In this document: positions 22,487 through 32,000 of the stretch, in pieces | Layout: every line of letters starts with the position of its first letter | Position numbering within the stretch: the stretch's first letter is position 1 | NCBI RefSeq assembly: GCF_001457595.1 | Contig: NZ_LN831039.1 | Location: 240,001-272,000, forward strand | Origin: Mycolicibacterium smegmatis | GTDB taxonomy: Bacteria > Actinomycetota > Actinomycetes > Mycobacteriales > Mycobacteriaceae | Direction of reading: 5' to 3' | DNA: 32,000 bases | Notes under the pieces: model-generated | Database searches by the model: none | What the model was told of the DNA's origin: nothing | What the model saw: the letters and a program-made list of their open reading frames with translations, nothing else | Position numbers and translations under genes: made by a program

Positions 22487-25384
22487 TCAGTTGACGGCGT
22501 CTGCCGGTTCGCGCTGAATCGGCTTCGGCCACGGCGAGGGCTTCGGGCGCCGGCGCACCATCTGGGGCCACCAGAACCACTTGCCCAGCAGGGCCGCGAT
22601 CGACGGCGTCATGAACGAGCGGATCACCAGGGTGTCGAACAGCAGGCCCAGGCCGATCGTGGTGCCGACCTGGCCGATGATCGCCAGTTCGCTTACGGCC
22701 ATGGACATCATGGTGAATGCGAACACCAGACCGGCTGCGGTCACCACTGAACCGCTGCCGCCCATGGCGCGGATCATGCCCGTGTCGAGGCCGGCGTGGA
22801 TCTCCTCCTTGATGCGTGACACCAGCAGCAGGTTGTAGTCGGCACCGACGGCCAGCAGCACGATCACCGCCATGGCCAGCACCATCCAGTGCAGTTCCAA
22901 CCCGACCAGGTGCTGCCAGATGAGCACCGACAGGCCGAACGCGCTGCCGAGGGAGATCACCACCGTGCCGACGATCACCGCCGAGGCCACCACGGCCCGC
23001 GTGATGATCAGCATGATGATGAAAATGAGGCACAGCGCCGCGATGCCGGCGATGATCAGGTCGTAGTTGGCGCCTTCCTGCATGTCCTTGAAGGTCGCCG
23101 CGGTGCCGCCGAGGTAGATCTTCGAGCCCTCCAGCGGCGTGCCCTTGATGGCCTCCTTCGCCGCGAGCTTGATGTCGTCGATCTTCTGGATGCCTTCCGG
23201 GCTCATCGGATCGCCCTCGTGGCTGATGATGAAACGGACCGCGTGCCCGTCGGGCGACAGGAACATCTTCATGCCGCGCTTGAAGTCCGGGTTGTCGAAG
23301 GTCTCCGGCGGCAGGTAGAACGAGTCGTCGTTCTTGGCCTTGTCGAAGGCCTCACCCATCGCGGTGGAGTTCTCCTGCATCGCGGCCATCTGATCCTGAA
23401 GACCGGCGTTGGTGGCCTGCATGGTCAGCATCATGGTCTTCATGGTCTTCATGGTCGTGATCATGGGTTCCATGTTCGCGATCATCACCGGGATCAGTGC
23501 GTTCATGCGGTCCATGTCAGGGACGATCTGCTCGAAATCCGCTGTCATGGTGTCGATTCCGTCCATGGTGTCGAAAATCGACCGCAGGGAGTAGCACATC
23601 GGGATGTTGTAGCAGTGCGGTTCCCAGTACAGGTAGTTGCGGATCGGCCGGAAGAAATCGTCGAAATCGCTGATGTTGTCGCGCAATTCCTTGATGTCGT
23701 CGACCATGCCGTGCATCTTGCCCACCATGCTGTTCATGGTGTCGCGCATCTGCTCCATGAGCGCGATCATCTTGGTCATGGTGTCGACGGTGACCTGCAT
23801 CTGATCGGCCTGAACCAGCATGTCCGCCATGCGATCCTGCATGTACTTCTGGTTCATGGTCTGCGTGGTGCCCTGCATGCTGATGGTGAACGGGATCGAG
23901 GTGTGCTCGATGGGCGTGCCCTGCGGACGCGTGATGGCCTGCACCCGTGAGACACCCGGAACCCCGACGACGCGCTTGGCGATGCGCTCGATCACCAGGA
24001 AGTCGGCGCTGTTGCGCAGGTCGTGGTCCGACTCGATCATCAGCAGTTCCGGGTTCATCCGGGCCTGCGAGAAGTGCCGGTCGGCCGCGGCGTAGCCGCT
24101 GTTGGCCGGAAGGTCGGCGGGCTGGTAGTCACGGTCGTTGTAGTTGGTGCGGTAGCCCGGCAGCGCCAGCAGGCCGATCATCGACAACCCGACCGCGGCC
24201 ACCAGGATCGGACCCGGCCAACGCACCACGGCCGCACCGACTTTGCGCCAGCCGCGGGTGCGCATCGCACGCTTGGGCTCGAGCGTCTTGCCGAACCGGC
24301 TGGCCACTGTGATGATGGCGGGTCCGACGGCCAGGGCCGTGAGCACCACGACAGTCATGCCGATGGCCAGCGGGATGCCCAGCGACTGGAAGTACGGCAT
24401 GCGGGTGAAGTGCAGGCACAGCGTGGCGCCCGCGATGGTCATGCCGGAACCCAGCACGACGTGCGCCGTGCTGTGGAACATCGTGTAGTACGCCTGTTCG
24501 CGGCTCTCGCCGACACTTCTGGCCTCTTGATAACGGCCTATCAAAAAGATCGCGTAATCGGTCGCCGCGGCGATCGCCAGCGTCACCAGCAGGTTGGTGG
24601 CGAACGTCGACAGGCCGATGATCTCGTAGTAGCCGAGGAAGGCGATGACGCCGCGCGCGGCGGCGAGGGAGAACACCACCATCACCAGCGACAGGATCAC
24701 CGTGATGATCGAGCGGTAGACCATCAGCAGCATGATGATGATGACCGTGAAGGTCAGCGCTTCGATCATCCGCATCGAGCGGTCACCGGCGATCTGCTGA
24801 TCGGCCGACATGGCGGCCGGTCCGGTCACGTACGCCGTGACGCCCGGGGGCGCCTGGACGCTGTCGACGATGTCCTGGACGGCCTTGACCGACTCGTTGG
24901 CCAGCGCCTCACCCTGGTTGCCCGCGGTGTAGACCTGCACGTACGACGCGAGGCCGTCGGAGCTCTGCGCGCCAGAGGCGGTGAGCGGGTCGCCCCAGAA
25001 GTCCTGGACGTGCTCGATGTGCGTCTTGTCGGCCTCGAGCTTGTCGACGATCTCGTCGTAGTACTTGTGTGCCTCGTCGCCGAGGGGCTGCTCGCCCTCC
25101 AGCACGATCATCACCGAGCTGTTGGACTTGAACTCTTCGAACACCTCGCCGACGCGCTTCATCGCGATCATCGAGGGTGCGTCGTCGGGGCTCATCGACA
25201 CCGACCGCATCTCCCCGACCTCTTCGAGCTGGGGGACGATCGTGTTCAGCACGGCGATGAGGGCGACCCAGACCAGGATTATCGGCACCGCCAGCGTGCG
25301 GATGAGCTTGGCGATGCCGCCGTGGTTGGTGTACTTGCCGTGTGCCGACGGAATGGCTTCGGTCGGTGCGTCGGGGGTGCTCAT
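22487..25384 (-). CDS. MmpL-family RND transporter (MmpL4/MmpL5-like)
   Basis: 965 aa; [15 protein letters not shown] and [15 protein letters not shown] transmembrane motifs, long Met-rich helical insertion with paired Cys ([11 protein letters not shown]). Confidence 0.93.
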   Translation of the reverse strand: MSTPDAPTEAIPSAHGKYTNHGGIAKLIRTLAVPIILVWVALIAVLNTIVPQLEEVGEMRSVSMSPDDAPSMIAMKRVGEVFEEFKSNSSVMIVLEGEQPLGDEAHKYYDEIVDKLEADKTHIEHVQDFWGDPLTASGAQSSDGLASYVQVYTAGNQGEALANESVKAVQDIVDSVQAPPGVTAYVTGPAAMSADQQIAGDRSMRMIEALTFTVIIIMLLMVYRSIITVILSLVMVVFSLAAARGVIAFLGYYEIIGLSTFATNLLVTLAIAAATDYAIFLIGRYQEARSVGESREQAYYTMFHSTAHVVLGSGMTIAGATLCLHFTRMPYFQSLGIPLAIGMTVVVLTALAVGPAIITVASRFGKTLEPKRAMRTRGWRKVGAAVVRWPGPILVAAVGLSMIGLLALPGYRTNYNDRDYQPADLPANSGYAAADRHFSQARMNPELLMIESDHDLRNSADFLVIERIAKRVVGVPGVSRVQAITRPQGTPIEHTSIPFTISMQGTTQTMNQKYMQDRMADMLVQADQMQVTVDTMTKMIALMEQMRDTMNSMVGKMHGMVDDIKELRDNISDFDDFFRPIRNYLYWEPHCYNIPMCYSLRSIFDTMDGIDTMTADFEQIVPDMDRMNALIPVMIANMEPMITTMKTMKTMMLTMQATNAGLQDQMAAMQENSTAMGEAFDKAKNDDSFYLPPETFDNPDFKRGMKMFLSPDGHAVRFIISHEGDPMSPEGIQKIDDIKLAAKEAIKGTPLEGSKIYLGGTAATFKDMQEGANYDLIIAGIAALCLIFIIMLIITRAVVASAVIVGTVVISLGSAFGLSVLIWQHLVGLELHWMVLAMAVIVLLAVGADYNLLLVSRIKEEIHAGLDTGMIRAMGGSGSVVTAAGLVFAFTMMSMAVSELAIIGQVGTTIGLGLLFDTLVIRSFMTPSIAALLGKWFWWPQMVRRRPKPSPWPKPIQREPADAVN

Positions 25385-25809
25385 GCAGATTTCACCAGGC
25401 AGAAGGTCTGGGCGTTCACGCCGTTGGAGGTGCGCTCGTCTTTGAGTTCATCGTCGACGGTGATCCGGCAGGTGATGGAGTCGCCGTTGCCCTGCGCGAC
25501 GATGTTGGGGAACACCGAGGGCGCGGTCGTGGACAGGGTCAGCGTCCAGGGCAGGCTGACCCCGTCGACGCGTTGCGGCTGGGCGTCGAGGTCCAGGTAG
25601 TTCACGTCAGCGGTCGCGCCGGGCTCGCCGTAGATCTCGTAGATCACGACCTTGGGATCGAACGGTTTGGTGTCGTCGACCTTCGCACTCGCGAGGCTCG
25701 GATCGTCACCGGAACCGAAGAACGTGCGCACGCGCATCACGGTGAACGCGCCGACGAGTACCACCACACCGATGAGCAGAGGAATCCAGAACCGCTTCAA
25801 CAGCTTCAT
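25381..25809 (-). CDS. MmpS-family accessory protein
   Basis: [32 protein letters not shown]...[20 protein letters not shown]; stop overlaps the MmpL start by 4 nt; RBS GAAAGG upstream. Confidence 0.9.
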   Translation of the reverse strand: MKLLKRFWIPLLIGVVVLVGAFTVMRVRTFFGSGDDPSLASAKVDDTKPFDPKVVIYEIYGEPGATADVNYLDLDAQPQRVDGVSLPWTLTLSTTAPSVFPNIVAQGNGDSITCRITVDDELKDERTSNGVNAQTFCLVKSA

Positions 25810-25962
25810 GGTCGGTGGCCGGCCTTTCGCGTAAGGGGAGCCCTCAAGGAAGCAGCGTGTCCGTTGGGGGTGGCCGCAGCGCAGACCAGGCACGTGGCAT
25901 GCGTGCTTGGCATCGCTGGCTCCTCCCCGCAGAATCCTTGCCGGACGACAAGAGAAACCTAT

Positions 25963-26001
25963 ACAGTCGGCTAACCGGGATCAAGTCGGAAGACAGTCTA
26001 A
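25963..26001. promoter_or_regulatory. Candidate TetR operator region (direct-repeat type)
   Basis: ACAGTCGGCTAA (25963-25974) and ACAGTCTAA (25993-26001), spaced 30 bp start to start, between divergent mmpS and tetR genes. Confidence 0.3.
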
Positions 26002-26054
26002 GAGTGTGATGTGGCCCGCGCCTGGGTTGGTCCGGCGCGACGAAGGGACGGGGT

Positions 26055-26624
26055 GTGGCGAAGTCGGTTGCACCGCGCGGATTCGCGCGCGAGCGGGTGC
26101 TCGAAGCGGCGCTGAACCTGTTTGCCGAGCATGGCGTCAACGGCACATCGTTGCAGATGATCGCCGACCGTCTCGGTGTCAGCAAAGCTGCCGTCTACTA
26201 CCAGTTCCACTCCAAGGACGACATCGTCTTCGCTGTCGTCGAGCCGATTTTCGGCGATATGCGCCGCGTGCTGAGGATCGCCGAGGCCATGTCGTCGCCC
26301 GACGCGCGACGTGAGGCCGCTGTCAGCGGCATGGTCGAATTGGCGGTGCGGCACCGGCGCGTCTCGGCGGTGTTCCACGGCGATCCCGCCATCGACAATT
26401 TGGTGCACAGTCGCAAGGATCTCCACGAGGTCATCGAACGACTCACCGCGATCCTGCTGGGGCCGGAACCGGGCACCGCCTGCCGCGTGATGATGTCGAT
26501 GTTGGCTTCCGGGATCTTCAGCAGCGCAATGGATCCCGAGCTCGCCGACATCGATGACGAGGAACTGCACCGTGTGTTGCTCGACTGTACGCAGCGATTG
26601 TTGAACGCACCGGTTTCCAGTTAG
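26055..26624 (+). CDS. TetR-family transcriptional regulator
   Basis: RERVLEAALNLFAEHGVNGTSLQMIADRLGVSKAAVYYQFHSKDDIVFAV; GTG start, divergent from mmpS/mmpL. Confidence 0.9.
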   Translation: MAKSVAPRGFARERVLEAALNLFAEHGVNGTSLQMIADRLGVSKAAVYYQFHSKDDIVFAVVEPIFGDMRRVLRIAEAMSSPDARREAAVSGMVELAVRHRRVSAVFHGDPAIDNLVHSRKDLHEVIERLTAILLGPEPGTACRVMMSMLASGIFSSAMDPELADIDDEELHRVLLDCTQRLLNAPVSS

Positions 26625-26687
26625 GCCGCTTGCGGCTGCGTCAAAACCGCCTCTGGCCGAGGTGTCCGGGTCATATCCTGACCGAAG

Positions 26688-29600
26688 GTGGTTGGGATGG
26701 TGGCCTGTGGCACGTGCGGCACCGAACTTCGTCAGGGCGCGAGGTTCTGTGACTCGTGCGGTACGGCAATCGTCGACGGGTCCAAACACGCTGAGTACAA
26801 ACAGGTCACGGTGCTGTTCGCCGACGTCGTGGACTCGATGCGGTTGGCTGCGGCGGTCGGCGCCGAGCGGTTGCGGGAGATCCTCTCGGCGCTGGTGAGC
26901 AGATGCTCGGGCGTCGTCGGGCATTACGGCGGCACCGTCGACAAGTTCACCGGCGACGGCATCATGGCGCTGTTCGGCGCCCCACTGGCGCTGGAGGACC
27001 ATGCCCTACGGGCCTGCCTCGCGGCGCTGGATCTGCAGTACGAGAGCCACAGGCTGGCCGACGAACTCGACCTTCCCGCCGGGGTCGGTCTGCAGATCCG
27101 GGTCGGTCTCAACTCGGGCCAGGTGATCGCCGGCGAGATGAGCGCGGGCGGTTTCGGCTACACCGCGATCGGCGAACAGGTGGGCATGGCTCAGCGCATG
27201 GAATCGGTCGCACCCCACGGCGGCATCATGTGCAGCGACACCACCGCCCGACTGGTCGAGGACTCCGTGCTGCTCGGTGCGCCGGAGATGTTGCGCGTCA
27301 AGGGTTGTGACCGTCCGGTCGCGGCGCGGCGGTTGCTCGCCGCCACCAACGCGGCCCACGGGGGCCGCAGCGATCCCACACTCGTGGGGCGAAGCTGGGA
27401 GCTCAACACCATCGCGGGTCTGCTCGACGAGGCCGTCGAGGGTCGCGGAGGCATCGTCAGCGTCGTGGGGCCGCCCGGTATCGGCAAGAGTCGCATGGTG
27501 CGGGAATCGATCGAGCTGGCGCGCCGTCGTGGCGTCGCGGTGTTCTACACGTACTGCGAATCGCACGCGAGCGATGTCCCGTTCCACGTGGTCGTGCCGC
27601 TGCTACGCGAGGGGTTCGGGGTGGCCGGGCTCGACCCCGCTGCAGCGCGTGTGCGGGTACGTTCGCTGGTACCCGACGCCGATCCGGAAGACCTGCTGCT
27701 GCTCGACGACGTGCTGGGCATCGCCGATCCGGACGTCCCGATGCCCGACCTCGACGCCGACGCGCGTCGCCGTCGCGTCGCCGCACTGGTCAACGCGGCA
27801 TCGCTGGCGCGTCGGGAACCCGGGCTCTACGTCCTGGAGGACGCGCACTGGATCGACGAGGTCAGCGAATCCATGCTTGCCGAGTTCCTGACCGTCGTCA
27901 CCCACACCCACTCCGTCATGCTGATCACCTACCGGCCCGAATACACCGGCGTGCTGGCCCGGGTCAGTGGCGCGCAGACAATCGCGTTGCGGCCCTTGAC
28001 CGATGGGCAGACGTCGACGTTGCTGACCGAACTGCTCGGGCCCGACGCCGCGGCGCACCAGCTCGCCGGCCTGATCGCCGACCGGGCGGCAGGCAACCCG
28101 TTTTTCACGCAGGAGATCGTGCGTGACCTCGCCGAGCGCGGTGTGCTGCGCGGCGAACGCGGCGCGTACCGGTTCCACGGTGCCGACGTCGAGATCGGTG
28201 TGCCCGCGACGCTGCAGGCCACGATCGCCGCGCGCATCGACCGGCTCGAAGTGGAAGCCAAACGGACGCTGAGCGCGGCGGCCGTGATCGGCCTCCGGTT
28301 CGGGCCGGACATGCTGGCCGCGCTGGGGGCCGACGTGTCGATGCAGGCGCTCATCGATGCAGAACTGGTCGACCAGGTGATGTTCGCCCCGCGGCCCGAG
28401 TACGCATTCCGGCACCCGTTGATCCGGATGGTGGCGCTGGAGTCGCAGCTCAAATCCGATCGGGCCGAGCTACATCGGCGCCTCGCGGTCGACATCGAAC
28501 GGCGGGCACCGCACGCCGCGGACGAGCACGCGGCGCTGATCGCCGATCACTACGAGGAGGCCGGCGACCTGCGCGCGGCGTTCACGTGGCACATGCGGGC
28601 CGGCACCTGGTTGACCAACCGGGACATCGATGCCGCGAGGCTGAGCTGGCAGCGTGCGCGCCATGTCGCCGACCAGCTTCCGCATGACGCCGAGGACCGC
28701 GCGGCGATGACGATCGCGCCACGCACCTTGCTGTGCCTTAGCACGTGGCGGGCCGGCGGCCACCTCTCCGACACCGGTTTCGACGAGCTGTGCGCGCTGG
28801 CCGCCGCCGCCGATGACAAGGTGTCGCTCGCAACCGCGATGGCGGGTCAGGTGTCGGCCCTGCTGGTGCATGCGCATTATCGCGAATCTTCCAGCTTGGC
28901 TTCCGAACTCACGAGCCTGCTGGAGTCCGTCGGGGATCGGCGGCTCACCGTCGCACTGCTCTTTGCGGCGCTCGGGGCGAAGTTCCAGACCGGCGAGGCC
29001 AACGAGGTGGTGCGGTTGGCCGACCGCCTGATCGAACTGGCCGACGGCGACGCCAACATGGGCAACCTGATCATCGGGTCGCCGTTGGTGACGGCATGGA
29101 CCGTGGGCGGCATGGCGCGGGCGTGCCTCGGCGACCCGGACTGGCGGACAGGTCTGGACCGCGCAACACCTTTGGTGCGCGACTTCGGCATCACGACGCG
29201 CGCACTGATGCTCACCTACAAGTGCATCGGCCTGCCGACGGGGCTCCTGCTCCCCAGCCCGGAGCTGCTGGAGGAAAGTTGTGAGGTGCTCGAGGTCGCT
29301 CAGCGGTCCGCCGATGACCTCGCCTTGGCCGGCGCCCAGGTGTCCCGGGGGCTACTGCTGCTCTGGCAGGGTGGGCCGTACCGCGACGAGGCTCTGGAAT
29401 TACTGAGCCTGGGCCGCGAGGCGTCTGTGCGGGAACAGTTCACCATGGCTGCGGTGCCTGCGGTCGACACAGAGTTGGCCCGTGACATGGCCGCGCGCGG
29501 CGATCTGGACGTTGCGATCGAGTTGGCGCGCGACGTTGTCGACACCAGCATCGACAGTGGCGAGGCGATAAACCTGAATCCGTGGAGCGGCCCTCCTTGA
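26688..29600 (+). pseudogene. 5' part of an IS-interrupted gene: zinc ribbon + class III cyclase homology domain + AAA/STAND ATPase
   Basis: CGTCGTELRQGARFCDSCGTAI; VTVLFADVVDSMRLAAAVG...FTGDGIMALFGAPLALEDHA; VVGPPGIGKSRMVRE; native coding sequence runs to 29572, then reads into the IS. Confidence 0.88.
29568..29572. repeat. Target-site duplication copy 1 (ATAAA)
   Basis: ATAAA directly precedes the CCTGAATCC element end. Confidence 0.8.
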
Positions 29601-31230
29601 GGTGTCCGTGTGTGGTTTCTGCTGCGTTCGGTGTTGCGGGCATGCGGTAGTTGCTGGTCTGCCCAGCTTTTCCTGTGTGCTCCGGTTGGGCCTGTTCGGC
29701 GCGTTGGTCAGGTCGTTGCCGGTAGCGGTGGGCTGTATCCGATGGTGTTGCGCCACAACGTGAGCCAGTGCTCTGTCCAGGGCCAGTGCTCGGGGAGGTG
29801 CAGGATCGGTCGACGCTGGGGTCGGGCCAGACGGGCGGGAATGTTGACGATCTTGCGGCGCAGCGTCGCGCCGCGGGCAACCACGTGGGCACCTCCTGCG
29901 AGCACGCCGGCGGCGCGCAGCAGGTTGTGCGCGATCGCCGCGCACAACACCCACGCACTGTTGGCACCGAACTGTCCTGAGGGCATGTGGGCCAGGGGTC
30001 CGTCGATCAGATCGGCGAAGACGGTTTCGATGATCGCGTGCTGGCGGTGGGTGATGTCAGCCTCGGCGGTCGGCAAGTCTGTGTTGGTGAAGAACGGGTG
30101 ATACCGCCACACCGGGAACAGCGCGTCCCGAAATCTCGCGTCTTTGACTCGCCGCACCACCAACCGCGCGGTGAACCGATCTTTGGTAGAGGCGAAGGCG
30201 GTGTAGCTGACCTCGGCGACCTCGGCATCAGAAATCCAGTCACCGGTGTCGGGATCACGCACTGCACCGGGATAGTTGACCGGCTCCCAGGCCTGCTCGT
30301 CGATCGAACTGATGGCCCGATCAACCGCGGTATTGCGGGTCATCACCACCGAGAAGTGCGCATTGTGGGCTCGGCAGGCGCCCACCACCGACCGGGTGCC
30401 GTAGGACGAATCGCCACGCACCAGCAGTTGCCCGCGCACGCCGGCGGCGCGGGCGGTGGCGATGGCTTGGGCGACCATGCGGCCCGCACCCTTCCCGGAA
30501 CTGGTCTTACCGGCGCGCAGCCGCATCCCGGCGATCACCGGCGCCGCTCCGGGGGTGCTGATCGTCGTCGCCAACGGGGAGAGCCCTTTACGCAGAACCT
30601 GCTTACCAGCGATCTTGGTATGCCCGTAGGAGGCACCCTGTTTGGCGTGGCCATAGACCGGGCGCAGCAGTGAGTCGATGTCGATGAACGCCCCCGTGTC
30701 GGATCCGGGCAGCAGGTCCACCCGCGCACAGAGTGCGGCCAGATGATGACGCAGGACCGACTCCAACTGCCGGGCGTGTCCGAAGGTGAACTCCCGCAAC
30801 AGTGTTCCGATCGTCGATGGTGCATAGACCCCATCGAAGAGCGTCTTCATCCCGCCGCCACGCACGAGGTCGAGGTCATCAATGCTGTCGGCGCCGGCGC
30901 ACATTCCGGCGACCACGGTGAGCAGCTTCGGCGACGGGTTGGCCGACCCGGACTTGATCCGTGGTTCGCTGATACGAACCTTGTCGGCCAGCAACTGTGA
31001 CAGCCCGGTCTGGGTGGCCAGCGTCATTACCGGCACCAGACCGGCGCACGACACGAGATGGGCATCATCGAAGACCGCCGACGACGCAGCGAACCTATGG
31101 GACACTTTCACCGGAAGTGCCTTTCGAAGTTGTGCCGATAAGTGCCTAGAGAACACTCATCATCACAGCTCAGAAGGCACTTTCCTCGTCACGACACCCT
31201 GCGACCAGCCAATTCATCGGTGGATCGAGG
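29573..31230 (-). mobile_element. IS1380-like insertion sequence, 1658 bp
   Basis: Imperfect terminal repeats CCTGAATCCGTGGA and CCTCGATCCACCGA, flanking ATAAA duplication, a single transposase; removing element plus one ATAAA restores a continuous frame. Confidence 0.88.
29708..31156 (-). CDS. IS1380-family-like DDE transposase, intact
   Basis: 482 aa; GSDTGAFIDIDSLLRPVYGHAKQGASYGHTKIAGKQVLRKGLSPL...RGQLLVRGDSSYGTRSVV...RQHAIIETVFADLIDGPLAHMPSGQFGANSAWVLCAAIAHNLLR. Confidence 0.85.
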   Translation of the reverse strand: MFSRHLSAQLRKALPVKVSHRFAASSAVFDDAHLVSCAGLVPVMTLATQTGLSQLLADKVRISEPRIKSGSANPSPKLLTVVAGMCAGADSIDDLDLVRGGGMKTLFDGVYAPSTIGTLLREFTFGHARQLESVLRHHLAALCARVDLLPGSDTGAFIDIDSLLRPVYGHAKQGASYGHTKIAGKQVLRKGLSPLATTISTPGAAPVIAGMRLRAGKTSSGKGAGRMVAQAIATARAAGVRGQLLVRGDSSYGTRSVVGACRAHNAHFSVVMTRNTAVDRAISSIDEQAWEPVNYPGAVRDPDTGDWISDAEVAEVSYTAFASTKDRFTARLVVRRVKDARFRDALFPVWRYHPFFTNTDLPTAEADITHRQHAIIETVFADLIDGPLAHMPSGQFGANSAWVLCAAIAHNLLRAAGVLAGGAHVVARGATLRRKIVNIPARLARPQRRPILHLPEHWPWTEHWLTLWRNTIGYSPPLPATT

Positions 31231-31235
31231 ATAAA
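31231..31235. repeat. Target-site duplication copy 2 (ATAAA)
   Basis: ATAAA directly follows the GATCGAGG element end. Confidence 0.8.
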
Positions 31236-31512
31236 CATGAGTGCCAGCGTGACCGTGTTGGTGCAGTCGCTGATCGCGCGCGGGGACCGCGATGATCTCG
31301 ACCATGCGCAGCGGGTCATCGACCGGTTCGCGGCCCTTCCCACTGATCCGGGCTTCGTGCTGTACGACGTCCAGCTGATGCGATTGCGCGCCCTGCTGGC
31401 CCGTGCACGAGGGGACGAGGAACGGTACCGCGAGTGTTCGGACCGCTATCGCGAACTCGCGACGGCGTACCGCTACGAGGGCCACATGGCGCTGGCCGCG
31501 CGAATGGCGTGA
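31236..31512 (+). pseudogene. 3' remnant of the IS-interrupted cyclase/AAA gene
   Basis: MSASVTVLVQSLIARGDRDDLDHAQRVIDRFAALP...LRALLARARGDEERYRECSDRYRELATAYRYEGHMALAARMA; joins in frame with 26688-29572. Confidence 0.85.
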
Positions 31513-31520
31513 CAGTCGAT

Positions 31521-31589
31521 CACCGCGAGCGTGCGTGGACTGCTGAGGATTTACGGTGTGTCCGGCAGCAGGCACGCACGCTCGCGGTG
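31521..31589. terminator. Large hairpin between convergent genes
   Basis: CACCGCGAGCGTGCGTG (31521-31537) pairs perfectly with CACGCACGCTCGCGGTG (31573-31589); inner CTGCTG/CAGCAG extends the stem. Confidence 0.75.
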
Positions 31590-31602
31590 CGGAGCAAAAA
31601 AT

Positions 31603-32000
31603 TTAGGTGCAGACTGCGCCGACGGCGGCGGACTGGACCAGCTTGGTGTACTTGGCCAGCACACCGGTCTTGTACCGCGGCGGCAGGGGCTCGAAGCCGG
31701 CCTTGCGGGCCTCGAACTCTTCTTCGTCGACGAGCACGTCGAGCGTGCCCTTGGCGACGTCGAGGCGGATGCGGTCACCGTCGCGCACGAACGCGATCGG
31801 GCCGCCGTCGACGGCCTCCGGCGCGATGTGCCCGACGCACAGACCCGTCGTACCGCCCGAGAACCGACCGTCGGTCATCAGCAGCACGTCCTTGCCCAGA
31901 CCCGCACCCTTGATGGCGCCGGTGATCGCGAGCATCTCGCGCATACCGGGACCGCCCTTGGGGCCCTCGTAGCGGATCACCACGACGTCGCCCGCCTGGA
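31603..32000 (-). CDS. ilvD: Dihydroxy-acid dehydratase, C-terminal part (5' end beyond the window)
   Basis: [77 protein letters not shown] is the IlvD/Edd C-terminal signature. Confidence 0.95.
   Translation of the reverse strand, partial: QAGDVVVIRYEGPKGGPGMREMLAITGAIKGAGLGKDVLLMTDGRFSGGTTGLCVGHIAPEAVDGGPIAFVRDGDRIRLDVAKGTLDVLVDEEEFEARKAGFEPLPPRYKTGVLAKYTKLVQSAAVGAVCT

Noticed and set aside
23350-23950. Met/Thr-rich repetitive stretch in mmpL, considered as a tandem DNA repeat
   Set aside because: Explained by the known helical insertion of MmpL4/5-type transporters.
24023-25600. 525-aa plus-strand ORF opposite mmpL/mmpS
   Set aside because: His/Arg/Asp-rich composition typical of antisense reading of a high-GC gene; the minus-strand MmpL is unmistakable.
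29987-30673. 228-aa plus-strand ORF inside the IS
   Set aside because: Opposite the intact transposase; no accessory-gene signature.

Overview
This is a high-GC mycobacterial chromosome segment. Gene content and order from about 17.6 kb onward resemble the Rv0182c-Rv0189c region (sigG, monoacylglycerol lipase, DUF2786 protein, HExxH protein, O-methyltransferase, ilvD). That comparison is from recall; no search was run. A fast grower such as M. smegmatis is likely. I support about 22 coding regions: two neighbouring exported proteins with a shared lysine-rich tail, an ABM monooxygenase/MarR divergent pair, an AT3-SGNH acyltransferase, a lipoprotein barnase-type RNase with a coupled barstar, a phosphodiester glycosidase, an AraC/VOC/UvrA-like operon, a PQQ-type sugar dehydrogenase, pirin, SDR, Zn-ADH, a PhnB-like protein, sigG, MGL, a putative hydrolase lipoprotein, DUF2786 and HELAHH genes, an O-methyltransferase, MmpL/MmpS/TetR, a large STAND cyclase-like regulator split by an IS1380-like element, and ilvD (partial). 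The strongest sequence-derived observations are: (1) exact reconstruction of the IS insertion, with a 5-bp ATAAA duplication and frame restored on excision; (2) an envelope-anchored barnase and barstar pair; (3) two adjacent proteins sharing histone/HBHA-like tails, each followed by a nearly identical 21-bp perfect hairpin with a compensatory base-pair change; (4) candidate CRP-, KstR- and MarR-type operators. I found no clear evidence for a defence island, CRISPR array or prophage.
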